Assembly: GCA_045579305.1 (NCBI GenBank)
Contig: JAZNLY010000056.1
Location: 29,102-93,101 of the forward strand
DNA length: 64,000 nucleotides
DNA from: Candidatus Fimenecus sp.
GTDB taxonomy: Bacteria; Bacillota; Clostridia; Oscillospirales; Acutalibacteraceae
Direction: 5' to 3'
The notes under the pieces are model-generated. The model had not been told where the DNA came from, did not search any database, and worked only from the letters and a program-made list of their open reading frames with translations. A program made the position numbers and the translations under genes. Positions 28,598 to 38,323 of this stretch are shown here, piece by piece. Every line of letters starts with the position of its first letter. Position 1 is the stretch's first letter.

Positions 28598-29334
28598 TTT
28601 ACTATTTCCTTATAAAATTCAAGTGTTTTAAAATTTCGTTGTAGTTTTGAAAGCAAATATTTTTCTGTTATATATGACAAGTCAGGTAAAGCATATTCTT
28701 CCATTTTAAAAGAGTAGATTTTCTCAAAATCAGAAAATGCAATATGTCGAAGTGCCTTTATAAGACCTATATCAAGTTGAAAAATCATATCCGATGGAAC
28801 ACAGTTTTCACAATATAGCAAACCGTCTTCCACATCAAAATACATAGTGTTTGTTTCGTATTCTCCGCATCGGTCACAAGCAATAAGATTTGGCATAAAA
28901 CCTGCTATACACATAAGCCTGAGTTCTGTAATTGCTTTAATCTGTTCCGTTGGCATTTTGTCCGTTGCGAGAAAGTGAAGTGAATTGAGAATGAGTCGCA
29001 GATATTCTTCTGCAGGTTCATCCTCCTGCACCAAAGTAATTATCAGTTCCCCGAAATACTGTGCAAGGGAAATTTTTTCAAGGTCTTCACGAAGTCCGAA
29101 GAAAAGTTCAATAGGCTCTGCCTCGTCAATTATGTAACTTTCCTTTGTCTGATACAAGGAAAGCTTTGAATAGCAAAACATTCCTGTGGCACTGTTTTTA
29201 CGATTTTTGAAGGATTTTGCACCACGGACAAAAGCACGTACAAGCCCGTTGTGGCGTGTAAGCACCGTAACGAGCTTGTCTTTTTCACCAATATTCTGTT
29301 CCTTGAGTATCAGGCCGTCCGTATTCGTCCTCAT
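28594..29334 (-). CDS. recO: DNA repair protein RecO
   Basis: OB-fold N-terminus (TDGLILKEQNIGEKDKLVTVLT) and a Cys4 zinc motif (CDRCG...CENC). M7 at 29334 is preferred over the ORF-track start at 29352. Confidence 0.9.
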   Translation of the reverse strand: MRTNTDGLILKEQNIGEKDKLVTVLTRHNGLVRAFVRGAKSFKNRKNSATGMFCYSKLSLYQTKESYIIDEAEPIELFFGLREDLEKISLAQYFGELIITLVQEDEPAEEYLRLILNSLHFLATDKMPTEQIKAITELRLMCIAGFMPNLIACDRCGEYETNTMYFDVEDGLLYCENCVPSDMIFQLDIGLIKALRHIAFSDFEKIYSFKMEEYALPDLSYITEKYLLSKLQRNFKTLEFYKEIVK

Positions 29335-29443
29335 AGTCCAGTTCTCCGTCAAATAGTGGTCTTTTTTTGTTCTGCATGGATTTTTTATACATTAAATAAT
29401 CTTCTACTCTTCCACTCTCTGTAAATCTGCTCCAGATTGCCAT
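29285..29443 (-). CDS. yqzL: YqzL-family small protein (52 aa)
   Basis: Below the ORF-track cutoff. My translation: MAIWSRFTESGRVEDYLMYKKSMQNKKRPLFDGELDYEDEYGRPDTQGTEYW. It has the F..TG.ve.YL.YK pattern and lies between era and recO as in Bacillus. Confidence 0.55.
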   Translation of the reverse strand: MAIWSRFTESGRVEDYLMYKKSMQNKKRPLFDGELDYEDEYGRPDTQGTEYW

Positions 29444-29527
29444 ATTGTCCAAACTAATCACCTACCAGTAGTAATTTGCCTTGGACAACACAAAATATGA
29501 GTGGTAAAAATAAAAAGATTTGGTAAA

Positions 29528-30421
29528 TTAATCTAATCCGAAATTATGGATAAGTCCCTCTCGATTACGCCAACCTTCTTTAACCTTTACCCAGCACTGA
29601 AGATTGATTTTGCATCCGAAAAAGCTTTCCATATCCTGACGTGCGTAGGTGGAAATCTTTTTAAGCATATTGCCACCCTTACCGATAATAATTCCCTTAT
29701 GTGTATCGCGTTCACAGAAAATTGTCGCTTCAACATCCATAATTCCGTCACTGCGTTCACGCATTTTTTCAATGCTTACTGCAGTGCCGTGTGGAATCTC
29801 CTTATCAAGAAGTCTTAGCATCTTTTCTCGGATAATTTCACCCGCCAGAACTCGTTCAGGTTGGTCAGTAAGAGTATCATCAGGGAAGAAATGTTCTGAC
29901 TCAAATGCAAGTTTTTTAAGTTCATCTAATAGTGAGTCGATACCATTATTTGTCTGTGCAGAAACAGGTACGATTGCATCGAAATCATAATACTCTGTCA
30001 TTTCTGCAATACGGAAAATAAGATTTTCCTTTTCTTTTACTGTATCAATTTTATTGATTGCAAGAATTGCGGGATTCTTTCCCTTTTTGATTTTTTCGAT
30101 AAGTTCAAGCTCGGCAGGATTAAGCTTTCCTTCAGGCTCAACAACCAAAAGACAAGCGTCAACGCCATCAATACTGTCACTTACTGCTTTCACCATTTTT
30201 TCACCAAGTTTTGTCTTTGGTTTATGGAAACCAGGCGTATCGGTAAACACGAGCTGAATATTATCATCAGTAGTAAGAACACCCATGATTCGTGTTCTTG
30301 TTGTCTGTGGTTTTGAAGAAACAATTGCGATTTTTGTTCCTAAAAGTTTATTAAGAATTGAGGATTTACCCACATTGGCTTTTCCTACTATTGCTATAAA
30401 AGCTGTTTTTGGTGTATTCAT
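29528..30421 (-). CDS. era: GTPase Era
   Basis: GKANVGKSS, DTPG and NKID G-motifs plus a KH C-terminal domain. Confidence 0.97.
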   Translation of the reverse strand: MNTPKTAFIAIVGKANVGKSSILNKLLGTKIAIVSSKPQTTRTRIMGVLTTDDNIQLVFTDTPGFHKPKTKLGEKMVKAVSDSIDGVDACLLVVEPEGKLNPAELELIEKIKKGKNPAILAINKIDTVKEKENLIFRIAEMTEYYDFDAIVPVSAQTNNGIDSLLDELKKLAFESEHFFPDDTLTDQPERVLAGEIIREKMLRLLDKEIPHGTAVSIEKMRERSDGIMDVEATIFCERDTHKGIIIGKGGNMLKKISTYARQDMESFFGCKINLQCWVKVKEGWRNREGLIHNFGLD

Positions 30422-30897
30422 TTATTCTCCTTGTTTTTAAAGGAAAAACCTTTAAATATAAAAATTGTAAAAATTATTATTGAAATTGCAAATAAAACTA
30501 TTGCCACAGGATTTGAAATGAAATATTCAAACAACAATTCAAATGCCTTTGGCTGATACATTATTGCTATGCCACATAAAACTGAAAAGATAGTAAAAAC
30601 AAGCACTGCACCCGCTGCACAATCCTTGGCAATTTTACCATACTTCGTATGTTCTTTTCCGTACAAATCCACAACTGCTTCAAGAGCTGTATTTATAAGT
30701 TCTGAACCAATTACAAGCCCACACGCAACAAACAGAGTCGCAAGTTGTGTTCTTGTAATCTCAAAAAAATCAAAAGCAAAAAGAAAAAAGAACATATAAA
30801 TCATACAGACAATATGTATTCTCATATTTCGTTCTTTGGTAATTGCTATGAAAATGCCCTGAAAAGCATAACCGAAGCTTTTAATAAGTTCTTTCAT
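30418..30897 (-). CDS. dgkA: Diacylglycerol kinase family protein (DgkA/undecaprenol kinase-like)
   Basis: 159 aa, multi-TM. FGYAFQGI...ERNMRIH N-terminus and SELINTALE motif. Confidence 0.85.
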   Translation of the reverse strand: MKELIKSFGYAFQGIFIAITKERNMRIHIVCMIYMFFFLFAFDFFEITRTQLATLFVACGLVIGSELINTALEAVVDLYGKEHTKYGKIAKDCAAGAVLVFTIFSVLCGIAIMYQPKAFELLFEYFISNPVAIVLFAISIIIFTIFIFKGFSFKNKENK

Positions 30898-30899
30898 TT

Positions 30900-31406
30900 T
30901 TATTCACCATCGAAGTAATAACTTCCGTTACGTTTAAGCCCCATATTTGTAAGTACTGCTTCTTCTTTTTCCCTCATCTGGACTGCTTCGAGTCCACCAT
31001 TTTCGTGGTCGTAACCCAGAAGGTGAAGAAGTGAATGAACAGTTAAAAATCCGATTTCACGTTGCAAAGTATGTCCGTATTTTTCTGCCTGGTCATAGGC
31101 GTGTTCAATTGAGATGATAATATCACCCAATATTTTTGCGCCTGTATCGAGATTGGTATCGAATTCACCATTCTCACCCATTGGGAATGAAAGCACATCG
31201 GTGCTTCTATCAATCCCACGATGTTTGAGATTAAGCTCATGAATTGTAGCATCGTCAACAATGGAAACACTGATTTCTGCAGCATCTGTAAAGCCCTCGT
31301 GAACAAGAACAGCCTTACAGCAACGACGAATAAGCATTCTGACCCCTGTCGGAATTTTCATAACATTCTGTTTGTCATCAATTATTACTCTCAATTTCTC
31401 GTTCAT
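30900..31406 (-). CDS. ybeY: rRNA maturation RNase YbeY
   Basis: HSLLHLLGYDH zinc motif. Confidence 0.95.
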   Translation of the reverse strand: MNEKLRVIIDDKQNVMKIPTGVRMLIRRCCKAVLVHEGFTDAAEISVSIVDDATIHELNLKHRGIDRSTDVLSFPMGENGEFDTNLDTGAKILGDIIISIEHAYDQAEKYGHTLQREIGFLTVHSLLHLLGYDHENGGLEAVQMREKEEAVLTNMGLKRNGSYYFDGE

Positions 31407-32365
31407 TTATTCTTCCTCATTTCCTGTTTTTCATAAGCTTTGATAATATCCTGAACAAGACGATGTCTTACAACATCCTTTTCTGTAAATACATTTATGG
31501 CAATATCGTCAATTCCCTTGAGAATTTTCATTGCTTCAACAAGACCTGATTTTTTACCGTCAGGCAAGTCAATCTGTGTAATATCACCTGTTACAACGAT
31601 TTTCGAATTAAAACCTAAACGTGTCAGGAACATTTTCATCTGTTCTCTTGTAGTAATCTGTGCCTCGGCAAGAATGATGAAGCTGTCATCAAGAGTACGT
31701 CCACGCATATATGCAAGAGGGGCTACCTCAATACTTCCTCTTTCCTGATACCTTTGAAAACTTTCTGCACCAAGCATATCAAAAAGAGCGTCATACAAAG
31801 GTCGGAGATATGGGTCAACCTTTTGCTGTAGGTCACCTGGTAAAAATCCGAGTTTTTCACCTGCTTCAACGGCGGGACGAGTAAGAATTATACGATTTAT
31901 CTCTTTTGCGCGAAAAGCGTTTACTGCCATTGCAACTGCAAGATAAGTTTTACCTGTACCCGCAGGTCCTGCACCAAGGGTGATTGTATTATTCTTTATA
32001 CACTCAAGATATTTTTTCTGTCCAAGTGTCTTTGGTTTGATAGGTTTACCTTTTGCAGTAATACAGACACAATCACAAGTCATTTCTGTGAGCTTGTCCT
32101 CATTTCCCTCTTTTACAAGGGAAAGCACATATCTCACATTCTGTTCAGACAACGCCTCACCACGATTGATAAGTGTCAGAAGTCCGTTTATCGCTCTGAC
32201 TGCTTTAGAAACATTTTCAGCTTCACCATTCACTTTGATTTCCGAACCACGACTGATTATCCGCACATTATATTGTGATTCAATAAGCTTTATGTTCTCA
32301 TCAAAGCTACCAAACAAGCTGACTGTCTGTTCCATTCTGTCAACATTTATAACCTGTTCAAACAA
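31403..32365 (-). CDS. phoH: PhoH-family ATPase
   Basis: GPAGTGKTYLAVA Walker A. 320 aa. Canonical phoH-ybeY-dgkA-era order. Confidence 0.93.
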   Translation of the reverse strand: MFEQVINVDRMEQTVSLFGSFDENIKLIESQYNVRIISRGSEIKVNGEAENVSKAVRAINGLLTLINRGEALSEQNVRYVLSLVKEGNEDKLTEMTCDCVCITAKGKPIKPKTLGQKKYLECIKNNTITLGAGPAGTGKTYLAVAMAVNAFRAKEINRIILTRPAVEAGEKLGFLPGDLQQKVDPYLRPLYDALFDMLGAESFQRYQERGSIEVAPLAYMRGRTLDDSFIILAEAQITTREQMKMFLTRLGFNSKIVVTGDITQIDLPDGKKSGLVEAMKILKGIDDIAINVFTEKDVVRHRLVQDIIKAYEKQEMRKNK

Positions 32366-32422
32366 ATTTTTCTCACCTGCACATTAAAATAGTATACACA
32401 TATTTAAATTTTATCACATTTT

Positions 32423-33604
32423 TCACTCATTGTCACCATTTTTTTCAATATAAATTTCCTGTAAAACTCCTATTTCCTGTTCGCACTCTCCATAAAAAGC
32501 AAATTGATTTCCGTTTTTAGTATTTCTTCTGGTAACTTTGGAATTTTTTATCACGTTAAATTTCAGCAACCTCTTAACATAACACGCATTTTCCCACAAT
32601 GCTAACATATCTTTTGTCTTTTCATCCATCTGTATAGGTTCTTCAGAAAAATCGGCACTGTACTGTGTTATTATTCCCACTGGGAGCAGATTTTTTTCAC
32701 TTTCGATAAATGATTTATGCTCTGAAAACAGATTATCACCAACCGAAGCACCCAAAGGGATTTCAATGCCAAAAAAGAATATTTTATTTCTTTTTCTCAC
32801 ATTTGACAAACTATGTACTGAAAAAGCATTTCCATCAAAGCTCTGATTTCTTTTTACTAGTGCTTTTACATATCCATCAGCATGAATGAAGCTTTCTTTT
32901 CCGTCAGCATGGGTGATAATTCCACTTACGAGCAAATCTCCCTTTGTAACTGCTGAGCCCGGTTTTACTTCTTCTATACCATACAACACATCCACACTGA
33001 TTACAACACCATCCTCACCTGCTATAAGATTTGTCGGAGTTTGGTCGTCGTAAATTGGTGGTGTTTTAACACGTTCTCTGACTTCAATTACAACTGATGT
33101 GCCTTTTCTGTTAACTGCTGCCCAGGATAAATTCTCTATTTCGCTAACAACTGTCTGTGCAATATCTTTTTCATCAAGTATCGAAACAGGTGCACCAACC
33201 CTGACTCCGTGTTTTTCAAAAGCAGATAGGAGATATTCTTCCTCCAAATCCACATTTCCCACAACAGACACACTCCATATAAATCGGGTAAGGAATGCAG
33301 TAATAAACACAAAAATCAAAGCACCTATGAGAATACCCACTCGTTTTTTGTTTCTTCTAAAAAAGAATACAAGACCTTTTTTCTCAATAACAATAGTTTT
33401 CATCCCTGATTTTTTTACTGCCTTACGGATGGCAAGATATCCGTCCACTGTTGTTGTGGCAGATATGTTTCCCTTAACATTTTTTATATTCCAGAGTGGT
33501 ATTCCGTATCGTGTGCAGAGATTTAAAAATCTGTCAGAAAAGCCACCGAATGCTCTGAAATTTATGTATCCGAAAATGTATCTGAGAATCTGTATTATAA
33601 TCAT
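32423..33604 (-). CDS. yqfD: Sporulation protein YqfD
   Basis: 393 aa. N-terminus GYINFRAFGGFSDRFLNLC, a single TM segment mid-protein. Adjacent to yqfC. Confidence 0.9.
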   Translation of the reverse strand: MIIIQILRYIFGYINFRAFGGFSDRFLNLCTRYGIPLWNIKNVKGNISATTTVDGYLAIRKAVKKSGMKTIVIEKKGLVFFFRRNKKRVGILIGALIFVFITAFLTRFIWSVSVVGNVDLEEEYLLSAFEKHGVRVGAPVSILDEKDIAQTVVSEIENLSWAAVNRKGTSVVIEVRERVKTPPIYDDQTPTNLIAGEDGVVISVDVLYGIEEVKPGSAVTKGDLLVSGIITHADGKESFIHADGYVKALVKRNQSFDGNAFSVHSLSNVRKRNKIFFFGIEIPLGASVGDNLFSEHKSFIESEKNLLPVGIITQYSADFSEEPIQMDEKTKDMLALWENACYVKRLLKFNVIKNSKVTRRNTKNGNQFAFYGECEQEIGVLQEIYIEKNGDNE

Positions 33605-33611
33605 AACTCAC

Positions 33612-33881
33612 CTATGTTGCAAAAGAAATTCCACAGATATTGCCACTGATTACGGCAACATCACTGTCAAAGGATTTTATCAGAAGGTCATCACCACAAA
33701 TCGCTAAAACACTCTCACCAAGGCTTAGTCTTATGGTGTTTTCATCATATTCCACCACCCCTTTGCAACCTTCAACTACAATTTCACGATTGCCAAGAAG
33801 CTCTATTTTCGGCTCATTTACAATTATATCTGACAGCAGTTTACTTTTTATACTTTGTTTTTCTCTCTTTCTCTGTGCCAT
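33612..33881 (-). CDS. yqfC: Sporulation protein YqfC
   Basis: 89 aa. EPKIELLGNREIVVEGCKGVVEYDENTIRL pattern. Confidence 0.85.
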   Translation of the reverse strand: MAQRKREKQSIKSKLLSDIIVNEPKIELLGNREIVVEGCKGVVEYDENTIRLSLGESVLAICGDDLLIKSFDSDVAVISGNICGISFAT

Positions 33882-33981
33882 TTCTGTACCTCGTTGAATA
33901 TATTCATAAAATTATATGAAATCTGTCGTAAATAATTCATATTAATAATAAGTTTTAATATATTTTAATGGGTGTTGAATT

Positions 33982-35034
33982 ATGGTGACTATAAAACTTC
34001 GGTACGAATATTTTTCTGTTATGGCAATAATAGTTTGTCTTGTTTTTTTATTTTCCTTTCCCGATTCAGTAAAAAACGGAGTTACAGAGGGAATTCATCT
34101 TTGTTTTTATACAATTATTCCTTCACTTTTTCCTTTCATGACGCTTTCCTCATACATCACTAAATCCAATGTTTTTTCTTCTATTTACAGCTTATTAAAT
34201 CGTCCTTCACGATTCTTTTTCCGTCAACCACCCTGCTCCGCTTCTGTAATTTTATTATCAATGATAAGTGGTTACCCTGTTGGAATAAAAATGACTGACG
34301 AATTATATAAAAATGGACAACTGACAAAAAAACAGGCACAAAGGCTTTGTCTTTTCTGTATGAATGCAGGACCCGGTTTTATTATCACAGTTGTTGGTAC
34401 AAATATGTTGAGCAGCACAAAAGCAGGAGTAATTATGTATATTTCTCTTTGTGTTTCTTCGCTGATTATAGGTATTATTTCTTCGTTTTTTTCCGTAAAA
34501 GAAACAGTAGGAATCGAAAGAAAGTGCTTAACACCGTCAACGGCCTCGTTATCAACTGCTGTTTCCGACTCATTACAGGCAATTATGGGCATCTGTGCAT
34601 GGATAATACTTTTCAGTGCATTCACAAACTGTATAGCAAATCTGAATCTAAACGAGCAAGCCTCTCTTGTAATTTCTTCAATTTCAGAAGTCACAAAGGG
34701 ATGTATATTATTACGCGATAAGGCATCTTTACCCATTCTGACAGGATTAATTGCTTTCGGCGGAATCTGTGTGCACTGTCAGGTGTTAACAAATATTAAA
34801 AGCATAGATATGAAATATGGTACTTTTTTTCTTGGCCGCGTTTCCCACGGATTAGTTGCATCAATTACAGATTATATTCTGTTATTCTTTTTTCCTATCG
34901 AAACCAATGTATTTTCATCTTTCGACAAAATTACGGATTTTCGTTTTTCTGTTTCATTCCCTGCATTTATTGTTTTTATTTTTATGTGTATTATTATGAT
35001 TTTTGATATTGATAGAAAGAAAAAAGTGTGGTAA
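33982..35034 (+). CDS. ylbJ: Sporulation integral membrane protein YlbJ-like (nucleoside-recognition domain)
   Basis: Polytopic. GVTEGIHLCFYTIIPSLFPFM motif. The start may be the internal ATG (MAIIVCL). Confidence 0.7.
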   Translation: MVTIKLRYEYFSVMAIIVCLVFLFSFPDSVKNGVTEGIHLCFYTIIPSLFPFMTLSSYITKSNVFSSIYSLLNRPSRFFFRQPPCSASVILLSMISGYPVGIKMTDELYKNGQLTKKQAQRLCLFCMNAGPGFIITVVGTNMLSSTKAGVIMYISLCVSSLIIGIISSFFSVKETVGIERKCLTPSTASLSTAVSDSLQAIMGICAWIILFSAFTNCIANLNLNEQASLVISSISEVTKGCILLRDKASLPILTGLIAFGGICVHCQVLTNIKSIDMKYGTFFLGRVSHGLVASITDYILLFFFPIETNVFSSFDKITDFRFSVSFPAFIVFIFMCIIMIFDIDRKKKVW

Positions 35035-35053
35035 AATCATCTTGGTGATTATA

Positions 35054-35284
35054 TTGAAAAGATTATTTAATAAAAATGATGTTACACCCTCATGCTCATA
35101 CTGTGCAAATGGCAGGGTCTCACCTAATGCAGAATCCATTCTTTGCACTAAAATGGGTGTCGTTGAAATTGATTTTTCCTGCAAGAAATTTAAATACGAC
35201 CCACTCAAGCGTCAACCAAGACGTCCTAAACCTATTGACAAGTTTGACTCTTCAGACTTTTCACTTGATTCTGAAGATGAATGA
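35054..35284 (+). CDS. Small Cys-rich protein, unknown function
   Basis: Probable TTG start at 35054 after GGTGA. Four Cys (CSYC...C...C), a YDPLKR motif and an acidic tail. The ORF-track start at 35003 overlaps ylbJ. Confidence 0.5.
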   Translation: MKRLFNKNDVTPSCSYCANGRVSPNAESILCTKMGVVEIDFSCKKFKYDPLKRQPRRPKPIDKFDSSDFSLDSEDE

Positions 35285-35301
35285 TTTTTTTGCACCACAC
35301 C

Positions 35302-35339
35302 AAGCACCTTGGAGCTTCCCGGGGTGCTTTTATTTTTTT
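35302..35339 (+). terminator. Rho-independent terminator after the small Cys-rich gene
   Basis: Stems AAGCACC (35302-35308) and GGTGCTT (35323-35329), followed by a T-rich run. Confidence 0.55.
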
Positions 35340-35349
35340 GGGAAAAGCA

Positions 35350-35380
35350 CAAAAAATGCACCTTCTGAACTGAAGATGCA
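35350..35380 (-). terminator. Rho-independent terminator after the cohesin-dockerin gene
   Basis: Stems TGCACCTTC (35357-35365) and GAAGATGCA (35372-35380) with one mismatch. U-run on the minus-strand transcript. Confidence 0.55.
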
Positions 35381-35402
35381 TACATACACATTATCTGATT
35401 TT

Positions 35403-36056
35403 TTAGCTGACTACCTTTTTCAATATACAACGAGCGTCAATAGTTGTTACTTTTCCGTCACCATTCATATCTGCAAGAGCTAACTGATTTGCACTGAGCT
35501 CCTTTTCACCTACCACATACTGAAGAACATGTCTGGCATCCAAAGCATTAACAAATCCGCTCTCGTTTACATCGCCCAAAATGCCGGAGGCTTTTGAAAC
35601 CGTAACCTTACCATTTGATGTTGAACAAGTATACTCTTTTCCATCACCATCAATATTTTCAGAACTTGTAAGTGTTAATGTTGAATAACCTGAATCTTTC
35701 AGTATTTTAAACGTAACAGTAAAAACAGTACCATTTTTGCCATTATACTGACCAGCATAAGTAACCGAAGAACCACTGTTATTCAAACTACCTGATGAAA
35801 TCACGGTACCTTTATCACTGCTTACATACTGCAATTCTGATGAATTATACCCAAGTTTGACAATGCCACCCCAGAGATTAACACTTGAGGAAATATTGAC
35901 TGAGACAGTAACCGTATCACCTTTTTTACCTGACACATCTGTTACAGAATATGTAACATCTGCTGCATTTACACTTATTGTGAAAAAAGATGTCATAAGC
36001 AAAACAAGGGATAAAACCACTGCTGTAATTTTTGTAATCTTTTTCATATTACTCAC
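35403..36056 (-). CDS. Secreted cohesin + dockerin protein (mini-scaffoldin/adaptor)
   Basis: Signal peptide (..ISVNA-AD). Cohesin-like beta module (VSGKKGDTVTVSVNIS...GTVFTVTFKILK...GKVTV). C-terminal duplicated dockerin segments: GDVNESGFVNALDARHVLQYV and ADMNGDGKVTTIDARCILKKV. Confidence 0.8.
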   Translation of the reverse strand: MSNMKKITKITAVVLSLVLLMTSFFTISVNAADVTYSVTDVSGKKGDTVTVSVNISSSVNLWGGIVKLGYNSSELQYVSSDKGTVISSGSLNNSGSSVTYAGQYNGKNGTVFTVTFKILKDSGYSTLTLTSSENIDGDGKEYTCSTSNGKVTVSKASGILGDVNESGFVNALDARHVLQYVVGEKELSANQLALADMNGDGKVTTIDARCILKKVVS

Positions 36057-36067
36057 CTAATAGAAGA

Positions 36068-36122
36068 ATAAAAAGACGGAGATAAGGATAACACAAACTG
36101 AATGCCGCCCATACTCCGTCTT
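36068..36122 (-). terminator. Candidate terminator after ftsZ
   Basis: Stems AAGACGGAG (36073-36081) and CTCCGTCTT (36114-36122), with a large loop and a U-run on the minus-strand transcript. Confidence 0.45.
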
Positions 36123-36141
36123 AAATTTTCATTTTGAATAA

Positions 36142-37224
36142 TTATCTTCTGCTCTTGAAGAGGTCAAGAATATCGCCCATGTCATCGTCAGCACCGAAAT
36201 TACCACTATTTGAGCTGATTTCGTCAACTGAACCACTGTATGATGGTTTCTTTGCAACACCGTTAGCATCAAGTCCGAAACCTGTTGCAATAACAGTAAC
36301 AATCATTTCGTCATCAAGCTTTTCATCGAAAGCAACACCGAAGATGATGTTTGCATCTTCGTCAGCCTGTGAACGAACGATACCTGCAGCAGTATCAACG
36401 TCTTCAAGTGTAATGTCAGGAGATGCAGTGATGCTGATGATAACACCCTTTGCACCTGTGATTGTTGTTTCGAGAAGTGGGCTGGAAATAGCAGCATTAG
36501 CAGCCTGTTCAGCCTTATCCTTACCACTTGCACGACCGATACCCATATGAGCATGACCTGCATCCTTCATGACTGAAGTAACGTCAGCAAAGTCAAGGTT
36601 GATGAATGCCGGCATTGTAATAAGGTCTGTAACTGAATTAACACCCTGACGAAGAACGTCGTCAGCAATGCTGAAAGCGTTAGCAAAAGTAATCTTCTGC
36701 TCTGAAACATACTTAAGTCTTTCGTTTGGAATAACGATAAGAGAGTCAACATGCTGTGCAAGTTCAGCAATACCTGCTTCTGCCTGCTTCATTCTATGAC
36801 TGCCTTCAAATGCAAAAGGCTTTGTAACGATACCAACAGTAAGGATACCTCTGTCCTTTGCGATTTCTGCAATAATTGGAGCAGCACCTGTACCTGTTCC
36901 GCCACCCATACCGGCAGTAACGAATACCATCTGAGCACCGTCAAGCTTTTCAACGATTGCATCACGGCTTTCTTCAGCTGATTTCTGTCCGATTTCCGGC
37001 TTTGCACCTGCACCACGACCTGAAGTTACCTTCTGACCGATTGAAAGTGTAGAGTTAGCAAGTGAGCGGTTGAGAGCCTGCTGGTCAGTGTTGATTGCAA
37101 TGAGTTCAACACCTGAAATACCTGATTTTGCCATACGGTCAACAGCGTTTCCGCCGCCGCCACCAACGCCGATAACTTTAATGTTTGCAATGTCCTGATA
37201 CTGATTATCAATTTCGAATGCCAT
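36142..37224 (-). CDS. ftsZ: Cell division protein FtsZ
   Basis: [10 protein letters not shown] and [10 protein letters not shown] tubulin signature motifs. 360 aa. Confidence 0.98.
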   Translation of the reverse strand: MAFEIDNQYQDIANIKVIGVGGGGGNAVDRMAKSGISGVELIAINTDQQALNRSLANSTLSIGQKVTSGRGAGAKPEIGQKSAEESRDAIVEKLDGAQMVFVTAGMGGGTGTGAAPIIAEIAKDRGILTVGIVTKPFAFEGSHRMKQAEAGIAELAQHVDSLIVIPNERLKYVSEQKITFANAFSIADDVLRQGVNSVTDLITMPAFINLDFADVTSVMKDAGHAHMGIGRASGKDKAEQAANAAISSPLLETTITGAKGVIISITASPDITLEDVDTAAGIVRSQADEDANIIFGVAFDEKLDDEMIVTVIATGFGLDANGVAKKPSYSGSVDEISSNSGNFGADDDMGDILDLFKSRR

Positions 37225-37402
37225 TTTAACATCCTCCTATGTATATTTTCACACCTATTGATTTTATAGTTATAGGTTATTTTACCATTATTAAAAAATA
37301 ATTGCAATATTTATTGTATATATTTTTTCAGAAATTTAATAAAATTCACACTTTTTTTATAATTTCTTTAATTTTTATTTATTATGCAAGGTATCCGGAA
37401 GT

Positions 37403-38323
37403 TCAATCTTCTTTTTTTGTGGCTTCTTCCTTTGGTTTTTCGTTGTCTTCATTATTTGCCACTTCTTCTTTTTCTGTAACAGGTACTGTAGTTGAAACTT
37501 CCTCGGACCAATATCCCTTGCCCTCTACTGTGAGATTTATTGTTCCGCGATAAAGGTCATTTTCTTCGTTCTGTTTTTCAATAGCTGCCTGACCGAGAGC
37601 AAGTTTTGAACTTAATATATCTTTACCTGTTTCACCTAATTCAAGAGTTATTCTGCCCTGATATATGAGTTTTATGTTATGAATATCTGACAAGTCAATA
37701 TTTGTTATTCCCTGAAAATTCAGATTTTCAAATTCCTCGACCAAATCTTGTATTTTATTGTAAATCTTTTCATTTTTGAGAGTGATAACTTTACCAACAT
37801 CTGCCGACTCGATTTCACCGAGATTTACAAAAACAATGTTATCTCCAACTGTTTCAAGACCTTTTTCAAGAACCTTTCCATTTTTATCAAGCAAAGTGTA
37901 ATAGCCGTCTGAAGTGACTGCCATATAAGGGTCTGTTTTTGTAATAACAATTTCGAGTGTTGATGGTAAACGTCGTTTGATTCTTGCAGAGCCCACATAG
38001 GCAAGTTCACTGGTTATTTTTTCATTCAACTTTTTTTCTGATAAAAAGATAAGGTTATCGCCTTCGTTAACTTCCGCTGTTTCTATCACACTTTCACTGG
38101 AATAAACAGCATCACCTGACACAACGATAGAATTTATATTGAAGAACAGTGTCAGTGCAAGTATTGTGCCGACACAGAATACAAACAGTCCAAGCACAGA
38201 ACGTATAATAAGTTTCTTTCTGCGATTTTTACGTCTGCGCAGATTTGTACGATTGACTATACGTTCGTTATTTGACATTGGAGCATGTTGATTTGTATTA
38301 GGTTTTCGAGTATTCATCATCAT
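37403..38323 (-). CDS. ftsQ: Cell division protein FtsQ/DivIB (POTRA)
   Basis: Basic N-terminus, one TM segment, POTRA-like region, acidic C-tail. Canonical position upstream of ftsZ. Confidence 0.8.
   Translation of the reverse strand: MMMNTRKPNTNQHAPMSNNERIVNRTNLRRRKNRRKKLIIRSVLGLFVFCVGTILALTLFFNINSIVVSGDAVYSSESVIETAEVNEGDNLIFLSEKKLNEKITSELAYVGSARIKRRLPSTLEIVITKTDPYMAVTSDGYYTLLDKNGKVLEKGLETVGDNIVFVNLGEIESADVGKVITLKNEKIYNKIQDLVEEFENLNFQGITNIDLSDIHNIKLIYQGRITLELGETGKDILSSKLALGQAAIEKQNEENDLYRGTINLTVEGKGYWSEEVSTTVPVTEKEEVANNEDNEKPKEEATKKED

Noticed and set aside
33882-33981. Possible sporulation-sigma (sigE/sigK-like) promoters in the yqfC/ylbJ divergent region
   Set aside because: The region is AT-rich and contains CATA/ATA-type strings. 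I could not fit a convincing -35/-10 pair with correct spacing by eye.
35076-35483. 135-aa plus-strand ORF spanning the small Cys gene, two terminators and the dockerin gene end
   Set aside because: It crosses two terminator hairpins and overlaps better-supported genes on both strands.
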